A DNA stretch of 64,000 nucleotides from Candidatus Poribacteria bacterium (GCA_963663765.2 CAXXUA010000005.1:1536001-1600000), one strand, 5' to 3'. Counted from the first letter of the stretch, positions 20,438 to 31,490 are shown. Program-made: numbers and translations. The notes: a model not told the origin generated them from the letters alone.

Positions 20438-22537
20438 TTAGTTTACCATCTCCGTGTTCTCGTCATTGTTCCTCTGAGATAACACTGTCAAATCCCATAA
20501 GAGTGTTGTGCCATCAACACCAGAACTAACAAGAGTCTGTCCATCAGGACTGAATTTTAGGTAAGTAACATAACCAACATGCCCCGTAAAAGTCTTAATT
20601 CGTTTCCCTGTAGTAACATCCCATACATTGATCACACCATCAACACGTCCGCCTACAAGGATTGTGCCATCAGGACTAAACGACAACTGAACGATCTGCC
20701 TTTTGTTGTCTTTACCATATCCACCGATTATATACTGATTCTTAAGGATACTTATTTCCTCTCCAGTATCAACATTCCACAAATAGATACTTCCATCTAT
20801 ATCTGTCTTCACCAACATTTTATATTCTGAATTTAAAGCTAAAAAACTAAACACACTTGGTTTTTCAGGAATTATCTTTTTCTGTTTGCTTATAGTGTCC
20901 CACACAACAATTTCTGAATCAGTACAATATGCAAGCATACTCCCATCAGAACTGATTGGTATATTAGCAGGAAATAGACTTGTGTCTTTAACCCGTTTAG
21001 ATAATGTTGTATGTGATCCTGTCTCTAAATCCCACAGATAAAGGGAGTATGGTTGATCTTTCTTATAATTCCTCGATAATGCGAAATTTCCATCTGGACT
21101 GAACACTATTTGATAACTTTGTACATCCACTTTAAAGTTATGTTTTTGTCTTCCATTTCTAACATCCCATAGACGAATCATCCTGTCCTGACCGAAACTG
21201 ATAAGTGTTGCATCATCCTTCAACATAATCTGTGAAACTTGATCAGAATGTCCTCTTAATGTCTTTTTATGTTCCCCTGTGGCAACTGTCCAGAGCCGAA
21301 TAGTCTTATCCAAACCTCCACTTGCCAGAGTCTTTCCATCTGAACTGAAGGATAGACTATTCACCCGTTTCTTATGACCCGTGAGTATAGTCTGCACTTC
21401 CTGTGTGTTTACATCATAGAGAATTATGTTATTGCTTCCATAAGTGGTTGCAGCTGTAATTTTATCTTTACTGAACACTATATTCTTTGAGGCAAAACCG
21501 TCACCATGTCCAACAATAGTATTCTTATGTTTCCCTGTATTTAGATCCCACTGATGGATAATTCCATCCATACTTGAACTTGCCAAAGTTTTTCCGTTTG
21601 GACTTAAGACGATTCTATGCAGATATTTAGAATTTGTTTTGAAAGTGTGCTTACGTCTTCCAGTGGCAACATGCCATACACGTATTGTTTTGTCTTCACT
21701 TATGCTTGCAATGCTACTACCATCACGACTGAAGTTTAAACTTCGAATAGGTTTCCTATGTCCTTTTAAGGTCTTATGTAATGTTTCTGTTGCAGCATTC
21801 CACAAACGGACCGTCTTATCCCTACTTCCAGAGGCAATCATCTTCCCATCAGGACTGAATGAGACACAGGTGATACTCTCCTTATGTGCATCATTTATTT
21901 TCTTCTTTGTTTCAGTTCCAAAATCAAAGTATCGGATTGTCTTGTAATTTCCATTAACCACCGATATTCTATCTTTGTGAAATGTTATATCAGATTGGCG
22001 TTCTAATTGCATATTCCAATACTGTTTATACACACTTTTTTCTACATCCCAAATATGCAAACCATAATCACTCCAACAAGTTAATGTTGACCCATCCAGA
22101 CTGAAATTTACACCTATGATATCTCTCCTATGTCCCATAAATGTATGCATGAGTTTACGGGTTTCAACATTCCATAGTCGAACCAATTTATTTCCACATG
22201 CAGTGGCAAGTGTTTTTCCGTCATGACTGAATCCTATAGAATTCACACCTTCTCTGTTCTTTGTAAGGAGTGCAAGTTCATTACCACTATTCGAATCATA
22301 AAGCCAAGTTCCTGTTGAACTGGCAACAGCGAGTATAGTACTGTCTGGAGAATACGCCAAGTCTTTTACAGTACCCTTTCCGATACGTGCTTTCACTCCA
22401 TCTGGTAAATACCATTGCGGAGTATTTAATTGTGCCGTATTCACATCAAGTAGATCCGGTGTTGAAGGATAACGAAATAGCCAAATAGCTACAACTATGA
22501 CGATAACCAAAAATATGATAACTAATGCATTTTTCAT
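20438..22537 (-). CDS. Membrane-anchored WD40-repeat protein (~699 aa)
   Basis: Start MKNALVIIFLVIVIVVAIWLF (ATG at 22537); WD40 repeats. The longer ORF-track start runs into a MITE. Confidence 0.92.
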   Translation of the reverse strand: MKNALVIIFLVIVIVVAIWLFRYPSTPDLLDVNTAQLNTPQWYLPDGVKARIGKGTVKDLAYSPDSTILAVASSTGTWLYDSNSGNELALLTKNREGVNSIGFSHDGKTLATACGNKLVRLWNVETRKLMHTFMGHRRDIIGVNFSLDGSTLTCWSDYGLHIWDVEKSVYKQYWNMQLERQSDITFHKDRISVVNGNYKTIRYFDFGTETKKKINDAHKESITCVSFSPDGKMIASGSRDKTVRLWNAATETLHKTLKGHRKPIRSLNFSRDGSSIASISEDKTIRVWHVATGRRKHTFKTNSKYLHRIVLSPNGKTLASSSMDGIIHQWDLNTGKHKNTIVGHGDGFASKNIVFSKDKITAATTYGSNNIILYDVNTQEVQTILTGHKKRVNSLSFSSDGKTLASGGLDKTIRLWTVATGEHKKTLRGHSDQVSQIMLKDDATLISFGQDRMIRLWDVRNGRQKHNFKVDVQSYQIVFSPDGNFALSRNYKKDQPYSLYLWDLETGSHTTLSKRVKDTSLFPANIPISSDGSMLAYCTDSEIVVWDTISKQKKIIPEKPSVFSFLALNSEYKMLVKTDIDGSIYLWNVDTGEEISILKNQYIIGGYGKDNKRQIVQLSFSPDGTILVGGRVDGVINVWDVTTGKRIKTFTGHVGYVTYLKFSPDGQTLVSSGVDGTTLLWDLTVLSQRNNDENTEMVN

Positions 22538-22583
22538 CTCATTACATCCTTTACGAACCATACTTCTTAGTTCAATTATCTTG

Positions 22584-22612
22584 ATTATAGCAATATATCT
22601 ATCTTGTGTCAA
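22584..22612 (-). promoter_or_regulatory. Consensus sigma70 promoter of the WD40 gene
   Basis: Minus strand reads TTGACA, 17 nt, TATAAT with TG extended -10. Confidence 0.75.
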
Positions 22613-22849
22613 CCCATGGGTGTGTAAAGTTTTTGCACAAACATCCCACTCTCCATTGTAGGGTGAAATCAACGGTATGAATGCCATTTAGGCATTCCCC
22701 GGGTCTCTGTGCCCCGCCGCAACTGATTAAATGAGAGATTGCAGGAACAAGAACCATAGGTGTTGTCAACATAAGGAAATATTGTTAATATCAACCATAC
22801 TCTTCAGTCCCGTAGGGACGATATGTTTATAGAAAACTAATCCAGCCAC

Positions 22850-23524
22850 GGTAGGCGTGCTTTGTAAGCGCGCCCCCGACGGTAGGCGTGCTTTGTAAGC
22901 GCGCCCCCGATGGTAGACGTGCTTTGTAAGCGCGCCCCCGATGGTAGACGTGCTTTGTAAGCGCGCCCCCGATGGTAGACGTGCTTTGTAAGCGCGCCCC
23001 CGATGGTAGACGTGCTTTGTAAGCGCGCCCCCGATGGTAGACGTGCTTTGTAAGCGCGCCCCCGATGGTAGACGTGCTTTGTAAGCGCGCCCCCGATGGT
23101 AGACGTGCTTTGTAAGCGCGCCCCCGATGGTAGACGTGCTTTGTAAGCGCGCCCCCGATGGTAGACGTGCTTTGTAAGCGCGCCCCCGATGGTAGACGTG
23201 CTTTGTAAGCGCGCCCCCGATGGTAGACGTGCTTTGTAAGCGCGCCCCCGATGGTAGACGTGCTTTGTAAGCGCGCCCCCGATGGTAGACGTGCTTTGTA
23301 AGCGCGCCCCCGATGGTAGACGTGCTTTGTAAGCGCGCCCCCGACGGTAGACGTGCTTTGTAAGCGCGCCCCCGATGGTAGACGTGCTTTGTAAGCGCGC
23401 CCCCGATGGTAGACGTGCTTTGTAAGCGCGCCCCCGATGGTAGACGTGCTTTGTAAGCGCGCCCCCGATGGTAGACGTGCTTTGTAAGCGCGCCCCCGAT
23501 GGTAGACGTGCTTTGTAAGCGCGC
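22850..23524 (+). repeat. Tandem array of 22 x 31-bp units (GGTAGACGTGCTTTGTAAGCGCGCCCCCGAT)
   Basis: Near-perfect 31-bp periodicity; inverted REP partner at 23545-23568. Confidence 0.97.
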
Positions 23525-23593
23525 TGGCACATCAAGTCCCAACAGCGCGCTTACAAAGCACGCCTACCATTTGAGAAATATTTATTACCCTAT

Positions 23594-23718
23594 TAATAAA
23601 TTTTTCTTCATTCGGGACTAATAAATTTTTCTTCATTCGGGACTAATAAATTTTTCTTCATTCGGGACTAATAAATTTTTCTTCATTCGGGACTAATAAA
23701 TTAATCTTCATACGGGAC
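23594..23718 (+). repeat. 5 x 25-bp tandem repeat (TAATAAATTTTTCTTCATTCGGGAC)
   Basis: Copies at 23594, 23619, 23644, 23669 and a variant at 23694. Confidence 0.9.
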
Positions 23719-23773
23719 TAAAGAGAACAAAAGTTTGTACCTCTGTGCAAAAACTTTACACACCCCAACCCAT

Positions 23774-25089
23774 CAGTGTTATTTAGCCAGGGATATTCAG
23801 TTTTAAGAGTTTTCTGTTATTGAGATTTACTGAAAGTTAATACCCAGGTTCGGTTTCCTAACCGAAATTTATACATCAATTTTGGATTATTGAAACATGA
23901 ACATCGCTCTTTAGTCCCGTAGGGACGATATGTTTATAGAAAACGAATACCCTTCCAGTTCTTTAGTCCCGTAGGGACGATATGTTTATAGAAAACGAAT
24001 ACCCTTCCAGTTCTTTAGTCCCGTAGGGACGATATGTTTATAGAAAACGAATACCCTTCCAGTTCTTTAGTCCCGTAGGGACGATATGTTTATAGAAAAC
24101 GAATACCCTTCCAGTTCTTTAGTCCCGTAGGGACGATATGTTTATTCTTCTATGTCGTTCCTGCGGAACTCAATTGGGGTTGAAAACATTTTCTATAAAC
24201 ATTTCGTCCCTATGGGACTAAAGACATGGACAAGATGGTATCACATAAAATTAACGACATAGCACAATATTTTTGATATTTTTGGACTATTACGTTAATG
24301 TTATACCGTTTCTGATAATATAGTTCTCTTTTGAGCATCAAACTTTTAGTTTGTGCTGTCCTACACCACATTTCACAAAAGTCGGTAATGTGACATGATT
24401 TCTTAGAAATGGTATTATGGTAAACTTTGAAATTAAAGATGCATTTTTTGTAGGAGCGATCTCCGAATCGCGACGAAACTTACTGATAGTCGGGAATCGG
24501 AGTTCCCTCCTACACCTCAAAATGTCCTGTTAATTCTAAAGTTCACTATATATGGTAACCCCTTGTCCGTGTCTTTAGTCCCGTTAGGGACGATATGTTG
24601 ATAGAAAAAATGAACAACACGTCTTGAGTTCCGTAGGAACGATATGTTGGTCATAGTTGTTGTTATTATAAACATATCGTCCCTACGGGACTAAGAGAAG
24701 GGGACAACGTTTTTCTATAAACATTGCGTCCTTACGGGACTAAAGAGCATATCTCATTCTCAGAAAATCCTTAAATTAATGCCTATGGGTTCGCGTAAAC
24801 CTTACCTACCTACCTACACTACAACTCTAAGTAATATACATAAACTAAGAATTCTTAAAACTATGGTAGATTTTGGAATTAATTGGACACTCTGCCCCAG
24901 CGAGGTTAGGAAACCGCGCCTACCGAGGGACGCAAGTGTCTATTTATTTTATAATTCACCATAAATAACCCTGGTTATTTAGTTTTCGGTTTTTCTGCTA
25001 TATTTTTCACATTTCAATATAAACCACTTGTAGGTATAAACTATCAGTAACACTCATCAGCTGATAATTCTTAAAACTAAATAGCCCTG
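23774..25089. mobile_element. Nested family-C MITEs (CAGGGTTATTYAGTTTT ends) containing further elements
   Basis: Inner element 23788-24973 is flanked by a GTTATTTAG duplication inside the left end of an outer element; family-A elements at 24416-24550 and 24862-24963. Confidence 0.7.
23908..24144 (+). repeat. ~4.5 x 52-bp tandem repeat (TCTTTAGTCCCGTAGGGACGATATGTTTATAGAAAACGAATACCCTTCCAGT)
   Basis: Copies at 23908, 23960, 24012, 24064, 24116; inverted partner at ~24190-24225; same motif at 22801, 24573-24745 and ~40870-40980. Confidence 0.92.
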
Positions 25090-25476
25090 TTCAAAATGGC
25101 GAAGGTATTGACAAAGAAAACACCAACATTTTTTCTTAAATTGGCGCTTATAGGTTTCGCTTCGCACTACCCGACTCACGAACTTTATGTTTATTAGAGA
25201 CAAAAAAATATGGACAATTAAACCATAATAATGTTTAATACCTAACCAAGTAGGTAAACCCATGAGACACCTATCACTCAAGCACATTTTCAAAATGTTT
25301 GAGGGTGTTGTTGTATTCCTGATAAGACAGAATGAGTATATACAATGGATTATTGTAAATCTCAATGGGATACACTCTCAAATCACCAACTTTTTGACAT
25401 ATACGTCAAAAATGTATATATTCCAGATCCATAACTCTGGTATGTAGATAAGATTAAACGAAATGAGGTATTAATT

Positions 25477-27360
25477 TTGAAAGCACTACCTTTTACAGAT
25501 GTAACAATCAATGACCGTTTTTGGTCACCCCGACAAACAACAAACTCAGAGAAAACAATACCGCATGAACTTGAGCAATGCCGTACAACAGGTAGAATCA
25601 ATAACTTCGCAAAAGCAGCTGGATTGATGGAAGGTAATTTTGAAGGTATCTTTTTCAACGATTCGGATGTCCACAAATTAGTCGAAGCTGCCTCATATAC
25701 CTTGCAGACACATCCCAATCCCTCATGGGAAGCGGAACTTGACGAAGTAATCGACGCAATAGCCAAAAGTCAACAAGCAGATGGATACCTAAATTCATAT
25801 TTTACATTGGTTGAACCTGAAAAAAAGTGGCAAAACCTTGGCATGATGCACGAATTATACTGCGCAGGACATCTGTTTGAAGCTGCCGTTGCTCACTATC
25901 AAGCAACCAAAAAAGAAAAACTGATAAATGTTGCATGCCAATTCGCTGACCTGATTGACAACACATTCGGACCTGGGAAACGCGATGGTCTCCCAGGACA
26001 TCAAGGGATTGAACTTGCATTGGTGAAATTGGCACGTGTAACAGGTGAATCGCGTTATATGTCGTTAGCGGAGTATTTTGTCACGAAACGGGGACATAGA
26101 CCTTCAGTTTTTGAAAAAGAACTGGAAAATCCTGATCTTCCAGGTGGTCTCGGGGCATACAAACATCACTACACACGTGATGATAAATTTGAGGGAACAT
26201 ATTCACAGGCACATCTACCAATACAAGAACAGACAGAATGTGTAGGGCATGCTGTACGTGCAATGTACCTTTATGCTGGAGCTGCCGATATTGCACAAGA
26301 AAAAGGTGATACAGGTATAACAAACGCATTAGACGCACTTTGGGACAATGTCGGAAAACGCCTCTATATAACAGGTGGCGTAGGACCATCTGGACACAAT
26401 GAAGGATTCACACAGGACTATGAATTGCCGAATTTCTCTGCGTATGCGGAGACATGTGCTTCCATTGGACTCATATTTTGGGCACATCGGATGTTCCTAC
26501 TGAAGGGTGAGTCACGATATATAGATGTGTTAGAGACCGCACTATATAACGGTGCACTTTCTGGTATCTCACTTGATGGTAAAGATTTCTTTTATCAGAA
26601 TCCTTTGGCGAGTCGGGGTGGCAGACACAGGCATGCATGGTTCGGGTGTGCATGTTGTCCCCCAAACATTGCACGTCTACTCGGTTCTCTTGGGCAATAT
26701 ATCTATGCACAATCAGAAAATGACTTGTGGATTAATCTCTATGTTGGTGGAACAGCATCTGCTACGGTTAGGGACGATATTTCACTGAAAATCACGCAGG
26801 AAACTGAATATCCGTGGATGGGTGATGTGAAAATAACAGTTTCACCTGAAAAAACAACGAAGTTTGCACTGAACCTTAGAATACCTGATTGGTGTAATCA
26901 TTTTGATGTCAGTATCAACGGGGAAACCTACAATGCGACTACAGGTACGAATGGTTATATTTCAATAGACAGACAGTGGAAACCTAACGAAACAGTTGCA
27001 TTGTCTTTAGACATGCCTGTAGAACGTATCTACGCACATCCTAATGTACGGGATAACCTTGGAAGGTCTGCATTGCGACGCGGTCCTCTGGTCTACTGTT
27101 TTGAGGATGTTGACAATCCTGACGGTGCTTTTGAGACGTTATCACTTGTTGATGATGTAGCAGTTGAAGCTGTCTATGACAGTGACCTTCTGGGTGGTAT
27201 TACGTTCCTACGTGGCACTGGCACGGCATTTGATGTTGCTGATTGGGAAAGCAACTTATATCTTACGAGAACGAGTCCAAAGCGGATGGAGTACACTGCA
27301 GTTCCCTATTATGCTTGGTGCAATCGTGGTGCTGGACAGATGGCGGTTTGGGTATTTTAA
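25477..27360 (+). CDS. Glycoside hydrolase family 127 (beta-L-arabinofuranosidase-like, DUF1680)
   Basis: FNDSDVHK, HELYCAGH, GHAVRAMY, YAETCASIG, CACCPPN, VPYYAWCNRG. Confidence 0.95.
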   Translation: MKALPFTDVTINDRFWSPRQTTNSEKTIPHELEQCRTTGRINNFAKAAGLMEGNFEGIFFNDSDVHKLVEAASYTLQTHPNPSWEAELDEVIDAIAKSQQADGYLNSYFTLVEPEKKWQNLGMMHELYCAGHLFEAAVAHYQATKKEKLINVACQFADLIDNTFGPGKRDGLPGHQGIELALVKLARVTGESRYMSLAEYFVTKRGHRPSVFEKELENPDLPGGLGAYKHHYTRDDKFEGTYSQAHLPIQEQTECVGHAVRAMYLYAGAADIAQEKGDTGITNALDALWDNVGKRLYITGGVGPSGHNEGFTQDYELPNFSAYAETCASIGLIFWAHRMFLLKGESRYIDVLETALYNGALSGISLDGKDFFYQNPLASRGGRHRHAWFGCACCPPNIARLLGSLGQYIYAQSENDLWINLYVGGTASATVRDDISLKITQETEYPWMGDVKITVSPEKTTKFALNLRIPDWCNHFDVSINGETYNATTGTNGYISIDRQWKPNETVALSLDMPVERIYAHPNVRDNLGRSALRRGPLVYCFEDVDNPDGAFETLSLVDDVAVEAVYDSDLLGGITFLRGTGTAFDVADWESNLYLTRTSPKRMEYTAVPYYAWCNRGAGQMAVWVF

Positions 27361-27446
27361 TTTTTTTATCTACATTATACCAATTCAAATAAATCTTGTC
27401 TCAATAAGGAAGTCTAATGTTGACTGCCAGAGGGTTACTCTCTTCG

Positions 27447-28686
27447 GTAGGAGGGAACTCCGATTCCCGACTATCAAGACGTTCAGTCGCGATTCGGAGA
27501 TCGCTCCTACAGAAAAAGTGTAAACTTAATTGTATATTTCACTATAATAGTGTCCCAGGACTGCACCCCATAGGTGTCAATTTAAGCAATTTGACCTCTT
27601 GTAGGAGGGGTTTTCAACCCCGATTTTATGGACATTTGCTCTCAAATCGGGGTTGAAAACCCCTCCCACAAGAGAAATACCAACACTTTTTTCTTATACT
27701 GGATTTTAGAATTATTTTTACACTTTCAGGTGTAGGAGGGAACTCCGATTCCCGACTATCAAGACGTTCAGTCGCGATTCGGAGATCGCTCCTACAGAAA
27801 AAGTGTAAACTTAATTGTATATTTCACTATAATAGTGTCCCAGGACTGCACCCCAAAGGCGTCAATTTAAGCAATTTGACCTCTTGTAGGAGGGGTTTTC
27901 AACCCCGATTTTATGGACATTTGCTCTCAAATCGGGGTTGAAAACCCCTCCCACAAGAGAAATACCAACACTTTTTTCTTATACTGGATTTTAGAATTAT
28001 TTTTACACTTTCAGGTGTAGGAGCGACCTCCGATTCCCGACTATCAAGACGTTCAGTCGCGATTCGGAGATCGCTCCTACAGAAAAAGTGTAAACTTAAT
28101 TGTATATTTCACTATAATAGTGTCCCAGGACTGCACCCCAAAGGCGTCAATTTAAGCAATTTGACCTCTTGTGGGAAGGGTTTTCAACCCCGATTTTATG
28201 GACATTTGCTCTCAAATCGGGGTTGAAAACCCCTCCCACAAGAGAAATACCAACACTTTTTTCTTATACTGGATTTTAGAATTATTTTTACACTTTCAGG
28301 TGTAGGAGGGAACTCCGATTCCCGACTATCAAGACGTTCAGTCGCGATTCGGAGATCGCTCCTACAGAAAAAGTGTAAACTTAATTGTATATTTCACTAT
28401 AATAGTGTCCCAGGACTGCACCCCAAAGGCGTCAATTTAAGGAATTTGACCTCTTGTAGGAGGGGTTTTCAACCCCGATTTTATGGACATTTGCTCTCAA
28501 ATCGGGGTTGAAAACCCCTCCCACAAGAGAAATACCAACACTTTTTTCTTATACTGGATTTTAGAATTATTTTTACACTTTCAGGTGTAGGAGGGAACTC
28601 CGATTCCCGACTATCAAAGCGTTCAGTCGCGATTCGGAGATCGCTCCTACAGAAAAAGTGTAAACTTAATTGTATATTTCACTATA
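27447..28686 (+). repeat. 285-bp composite unit (family-A plus family-B MITE parts) repeated ~4.3 times in tandem
   Basis: GTAG REP starts at 27447, 27732, 28017, 28302 and 28587. Confidence 0.95.
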
Positions 28687-28730
28687 AATTGACGTATATG
28701 AGTGTCTCAGAACTGCACCCTAACCTACAA

Positions 28731-31490
28731 CTAACGAATCGGCCATAATAGAATTGTACCATCATCACTCCCACTGGCAATAGTGGTACCATCTGGGGAA
28801 AACGCTACAAAAACGGAATCATTGTTCCTATGTCCAGTGAGTATAGTTACATCTTTCCATGTATCCGTTTGCCACAATCGTACTGTTCCGTCTCTACTTC
28901 CAATAGCGAGTATGGTTCCTTCAGGCGAAAACGCAATGGAAGTGACAGTCCTATCAGTTGGGAGTTGTACTATTTGCTTTGCTGTGCGTGTATTCCATAA
29001 GATCACAGAATTACCAGCACCTCCGCTGGCAATTATATTGCTATCCGGGGAAAACGCAACTGAATAAATACCCCTAATATGTCCTTGATATGTGGCAACG
29101 TGTTCTTGTGAGTGGACATCCCACAACCGGACAGTCCCATCATAACTCCCGCTTGCAAGTGTATTTCCGTCTGGAGAGAACGTTACAGCCTTGATAATTC
29201 GTGTATGTCCGGTAATTGTTGCTATCTGTTCTCTTGTGGGAATGTGCCACAATCGTAATGTTTTGTCCCAACTCCCGCTTGCAAGGATGTTTCCGTCCGG
29301 AGAAAACACTGCAGAAGAAACCCTTTCGGTATGACCTGAGAGTGTGTTTATGTATTTTTCGGTTTGTGCATCCCATAAACGTATCGTCTTGTCTGCACTT
29401 GTAGTAGCAATAGTTCTTCCATCCGGAGAATATGTGACGAATTCAACACCGGATGAATGCCCTTTCAGTACGGTTTTGAGTTGTCTGGCATGAACGTCCC
29501 ATACGTATCCCATCTTGTCCCAATTAGTGGTAGCGAGAATTTTTCCATCCGGTGAATATGCTACAGAAGTGATAAGTGATGCGTGTCCTTTAATTGTAGT
29601 CCTGAGTTTACCCGTTTGTGTGTTCCACAATTTCACTGTATTGTCCCAACCTGTGGTAGCGAGAGTTTTTCCATCTGGAGAAAACGCTACAGAAGTAACA
29701 GTGAAAATGTGATTACTGAGTGTAGCTTTTTGTTCTCCAGTATGTGCATTCCACAACCGCATAACGTCATTACTTCCAGTAGCAATAGTCTTTCCATCTG
29801 GAGAAAACGCTAACGAATAGATACCTGCATTAGTCTCTTTGATTTTAGTTATGAGTTCCCCCGATTGTGCATCCCACAATCGCAAGCTATTATCCAAACA
29901 TCCAGTAGCGATGTTTTTTCCATCAGGTGAATACGCGATAGAAGATACTGTTGATAAGTGACTTTTGAGCTTAGATGGTCCTGTGAGTGTTGCTAAATGC
30001 TGCCCTGTATGTGCGTTCCATAGGCGCGCTGTCTTGTCTGCACTTCCGGTAGCAATTGTCATACCATCCGGAGAAAAGGCGACGCAATAGATACTTTGGG
30101 TATGTCCTTTAAGTACCGTTATGAGTTTTCCTGTCCGTTTATTCCACACCCGTACTTCTGATTCTATACCTTCTTTTTCTGTTCTTCGCCATCTCACAAC
30201 CCCATCGCCTGTCGCCAGTGTGTTGCCATCCGGAGAAAATGCTACTGCAGTTATTTCCCGTTGATGTCCCACGAGTGTAGCTAAATGTGTTGCTGTCCGT
30301 GCATCCCATAAGCGGATAGATGCATCACGACTTCCACTGGCGAGAGTGATACCATCCGGAGAAAATGCTATTGCAGTCACATCGTACGGATGTCCTGTTA
30401 TTAGGTTAAGCTCTTTTACTTTGCCAGGACGGGCATCGTAAATCCATATCCCGATGGCACTTGCAACCGCAAGACGAGTACCATCAGGCGAAAAAGAGAT
30501 ATTTCCTGTTACTGCCCCTTTACCGAGTCTTGCTTTTGCACCTTTAGGTAACTCCCATTGTGTATAGTCTCCAGGTTCCGTAAGAACCTGATTCGATTCC
30601 TGTTCCGCACCATTGCTTGTGCCGGAAATATCAGAACTGTTTCCCTGCGGATTTCTTACATCATGTTTTGTATCAACATTCTGAACTATAGGCGAATCAA
30701 TGAGTTCTACTGTCATCTCTGACTCCATGTCTAAACTATAGGGTTGTTGGAAACGTGCTAACTGTTGGCTGCCCAATCCAAGAATCAACACAATCAAAAT
30801 AGCACCAGATGCAGCCAGCATCCACGGTATGGAAGGATGACTACCGGAAGACACAACAGGTTGAAGGTTAGCAATTTCTTTCATTATGTTCTCAGTTAAG
30901 TTTGCGGAAATTTGAAAATTACTGAGTGCTTCTGTAATCATGGGTTCCTCCTTTTTGAGTCGTTGTCTGGCACGACTAAGTCTACTCTTTATCGCACTTG
31001 GGGATACACCTAAAAAACGACTAATCTCTGAACAAGTCATGTCCCCGAAGTAGTGGAGTACCATCACCGTGCGTTCACTCTCTTTGAGTTTTGCAAGCAA
31101 CTTTTTAACGACCTTGCGTTGCGCATCTGCATTTACTTTTGCTTGTTCTGCAGCAACATATTGAGAATAAGCGGTTTCTACTATCATATCAGTTTCCATT
31201 TCTTCCAGGGATTCAGTGTCAATGGATTTCTTGCGGAGATATGCAAGACATTGCCGCGTTGCAATAACATATAGCCATCCTGAAAACTGATTAGGGTTCC
31301 TCAAGGTTGGTAGTTTCTGATAGACTTTTAAAAAGGTATCCTGTGTAATTTCTTCAGCAATATGGAAATCTCCTATTTTCCGCCAAGCAAGTGCGTGCAC
31401 TTGCTTTTGGTACTTTCTTACCAAATCTGCAAAAGCGGAATCATTACCTGCAAGGATCCTATTTATCAGTTCAACATCACTGTTTTTCAT
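28731..31490 (-). CDS. ECF sigma-70 factor fused via a TM helix to a WD40 beta-propeller
   Basis: Region 2 (AEEITQDTFLKVY...FSGWLYVIA), region 4 (EISRFLGVSPSAIKSRLSRARQRL), hydrophobic segment, then WD40 repeats; GAGGAG RBS before 31490. Confidence 0.93.
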   Translation of the reverse strand: MKNSDVELINRILAGNDSAFADLVRKYQKQVHALAWRKIGDFHIAEEITQDTFLKVYQKLPTLRNPNQFSGWLYVIATRQCLAYLRKKSIDTESLEEMETDMIVETAYSQYVAAEQAKVNADAQRKVVKKLLAKLKESERTVMVLHYFGDMTCSEISRFLGVSPSAIKSRLSRARQRLKKEEPMITEALSNFQISANLTENIMKEIANLQPVVSSGSHPSIPWMLAASGAILIVLILGLGSQQLARFQQPYSLDMESEMTVELIDSPIVQNVDTKHDVRNPQGNSSDISGTSNGAEQESNQVLTEPGDYTQWELPKGAKARLGKGAVTGNISFSPDGTRLAVASAIGIWIYDARPGKVKELNLITGHPYDVTAIAFSPDGITLASGSRDASIRLWDARTATHLATLVGHQREITAVAFSPDGNTLATGDGVVRWRRTEKEGIESEVRVWNKRTGKLITVLKGHTQSIYCVAFSPDGMTIATGSADKTARLWNAHTGQHLATLTGPSKLKSHLSTVSSIAYSPDGKNIATGCLDNSLRLWDAQSGELITKIKETNAGIYSLAFSPDGKTIATGSNDVMRLWNAHTGEQKATLSNHIFTVTSVAFSPDGKTLATTGWDNTVKLWNTQTGKLRTTIKGHASLITSVAYSPDGKILATTNWDKMGYVWDVHARQLKTVLKGHSSGVEFVTYSPDGRTIATTSADKTIRLWDAQTEKYINTLSGHTERVSSAVFSPDGNILASGSWDKTLRLWHIPTREQIATITGHTRIIKAVTFSPDGNTLASGSYDGTVRLWDVHSQEHVATYQGHIRGIYSVAFSPDSNIIASGGAGNSVILWNTRTAKQIVQLPTDRTVTSIAFSPEGTILAIGSRDGTVRLWQTDTWKDVTILTGHRNNDSVFVAFSPDGTTIASGSDDGTILLWPIR

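Larger units (their letters stand above)
22618..23765. mobile_element. Non-autonomous derivative with ISKra4-type ends, carrying REP arrays
   Basis: TIRs GGGTGTGTAAAGTTTTTGCACA / TGTGCAAAAACTTTACACACCC share the outer 18 bp with the IS at 5946-7403; 8-bp TSD CAACCCAT at 22610-22617 and 23766-23773. Confidence 0.9.

Noticed and set aside
22538-22687. Extended start of the WD40 gene
   Set aside because: It overlaps the promoter and a MITE end; the signal-anchor begins at 22537
22766-23542. Minus strand of the 31-bp array is stop-free in all frames (endless-ORF idea)
   Set aside because: A GC-rich 31-mer lacks stops on one strand fairly often by chance; there is no RBS and no reverse transcriptase nearby
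25057-25447. Short AT-rich ORFs upstream of GH127
   Set aside because: No recognisable motifs; they overlap repeat remnants and the probable promoter region
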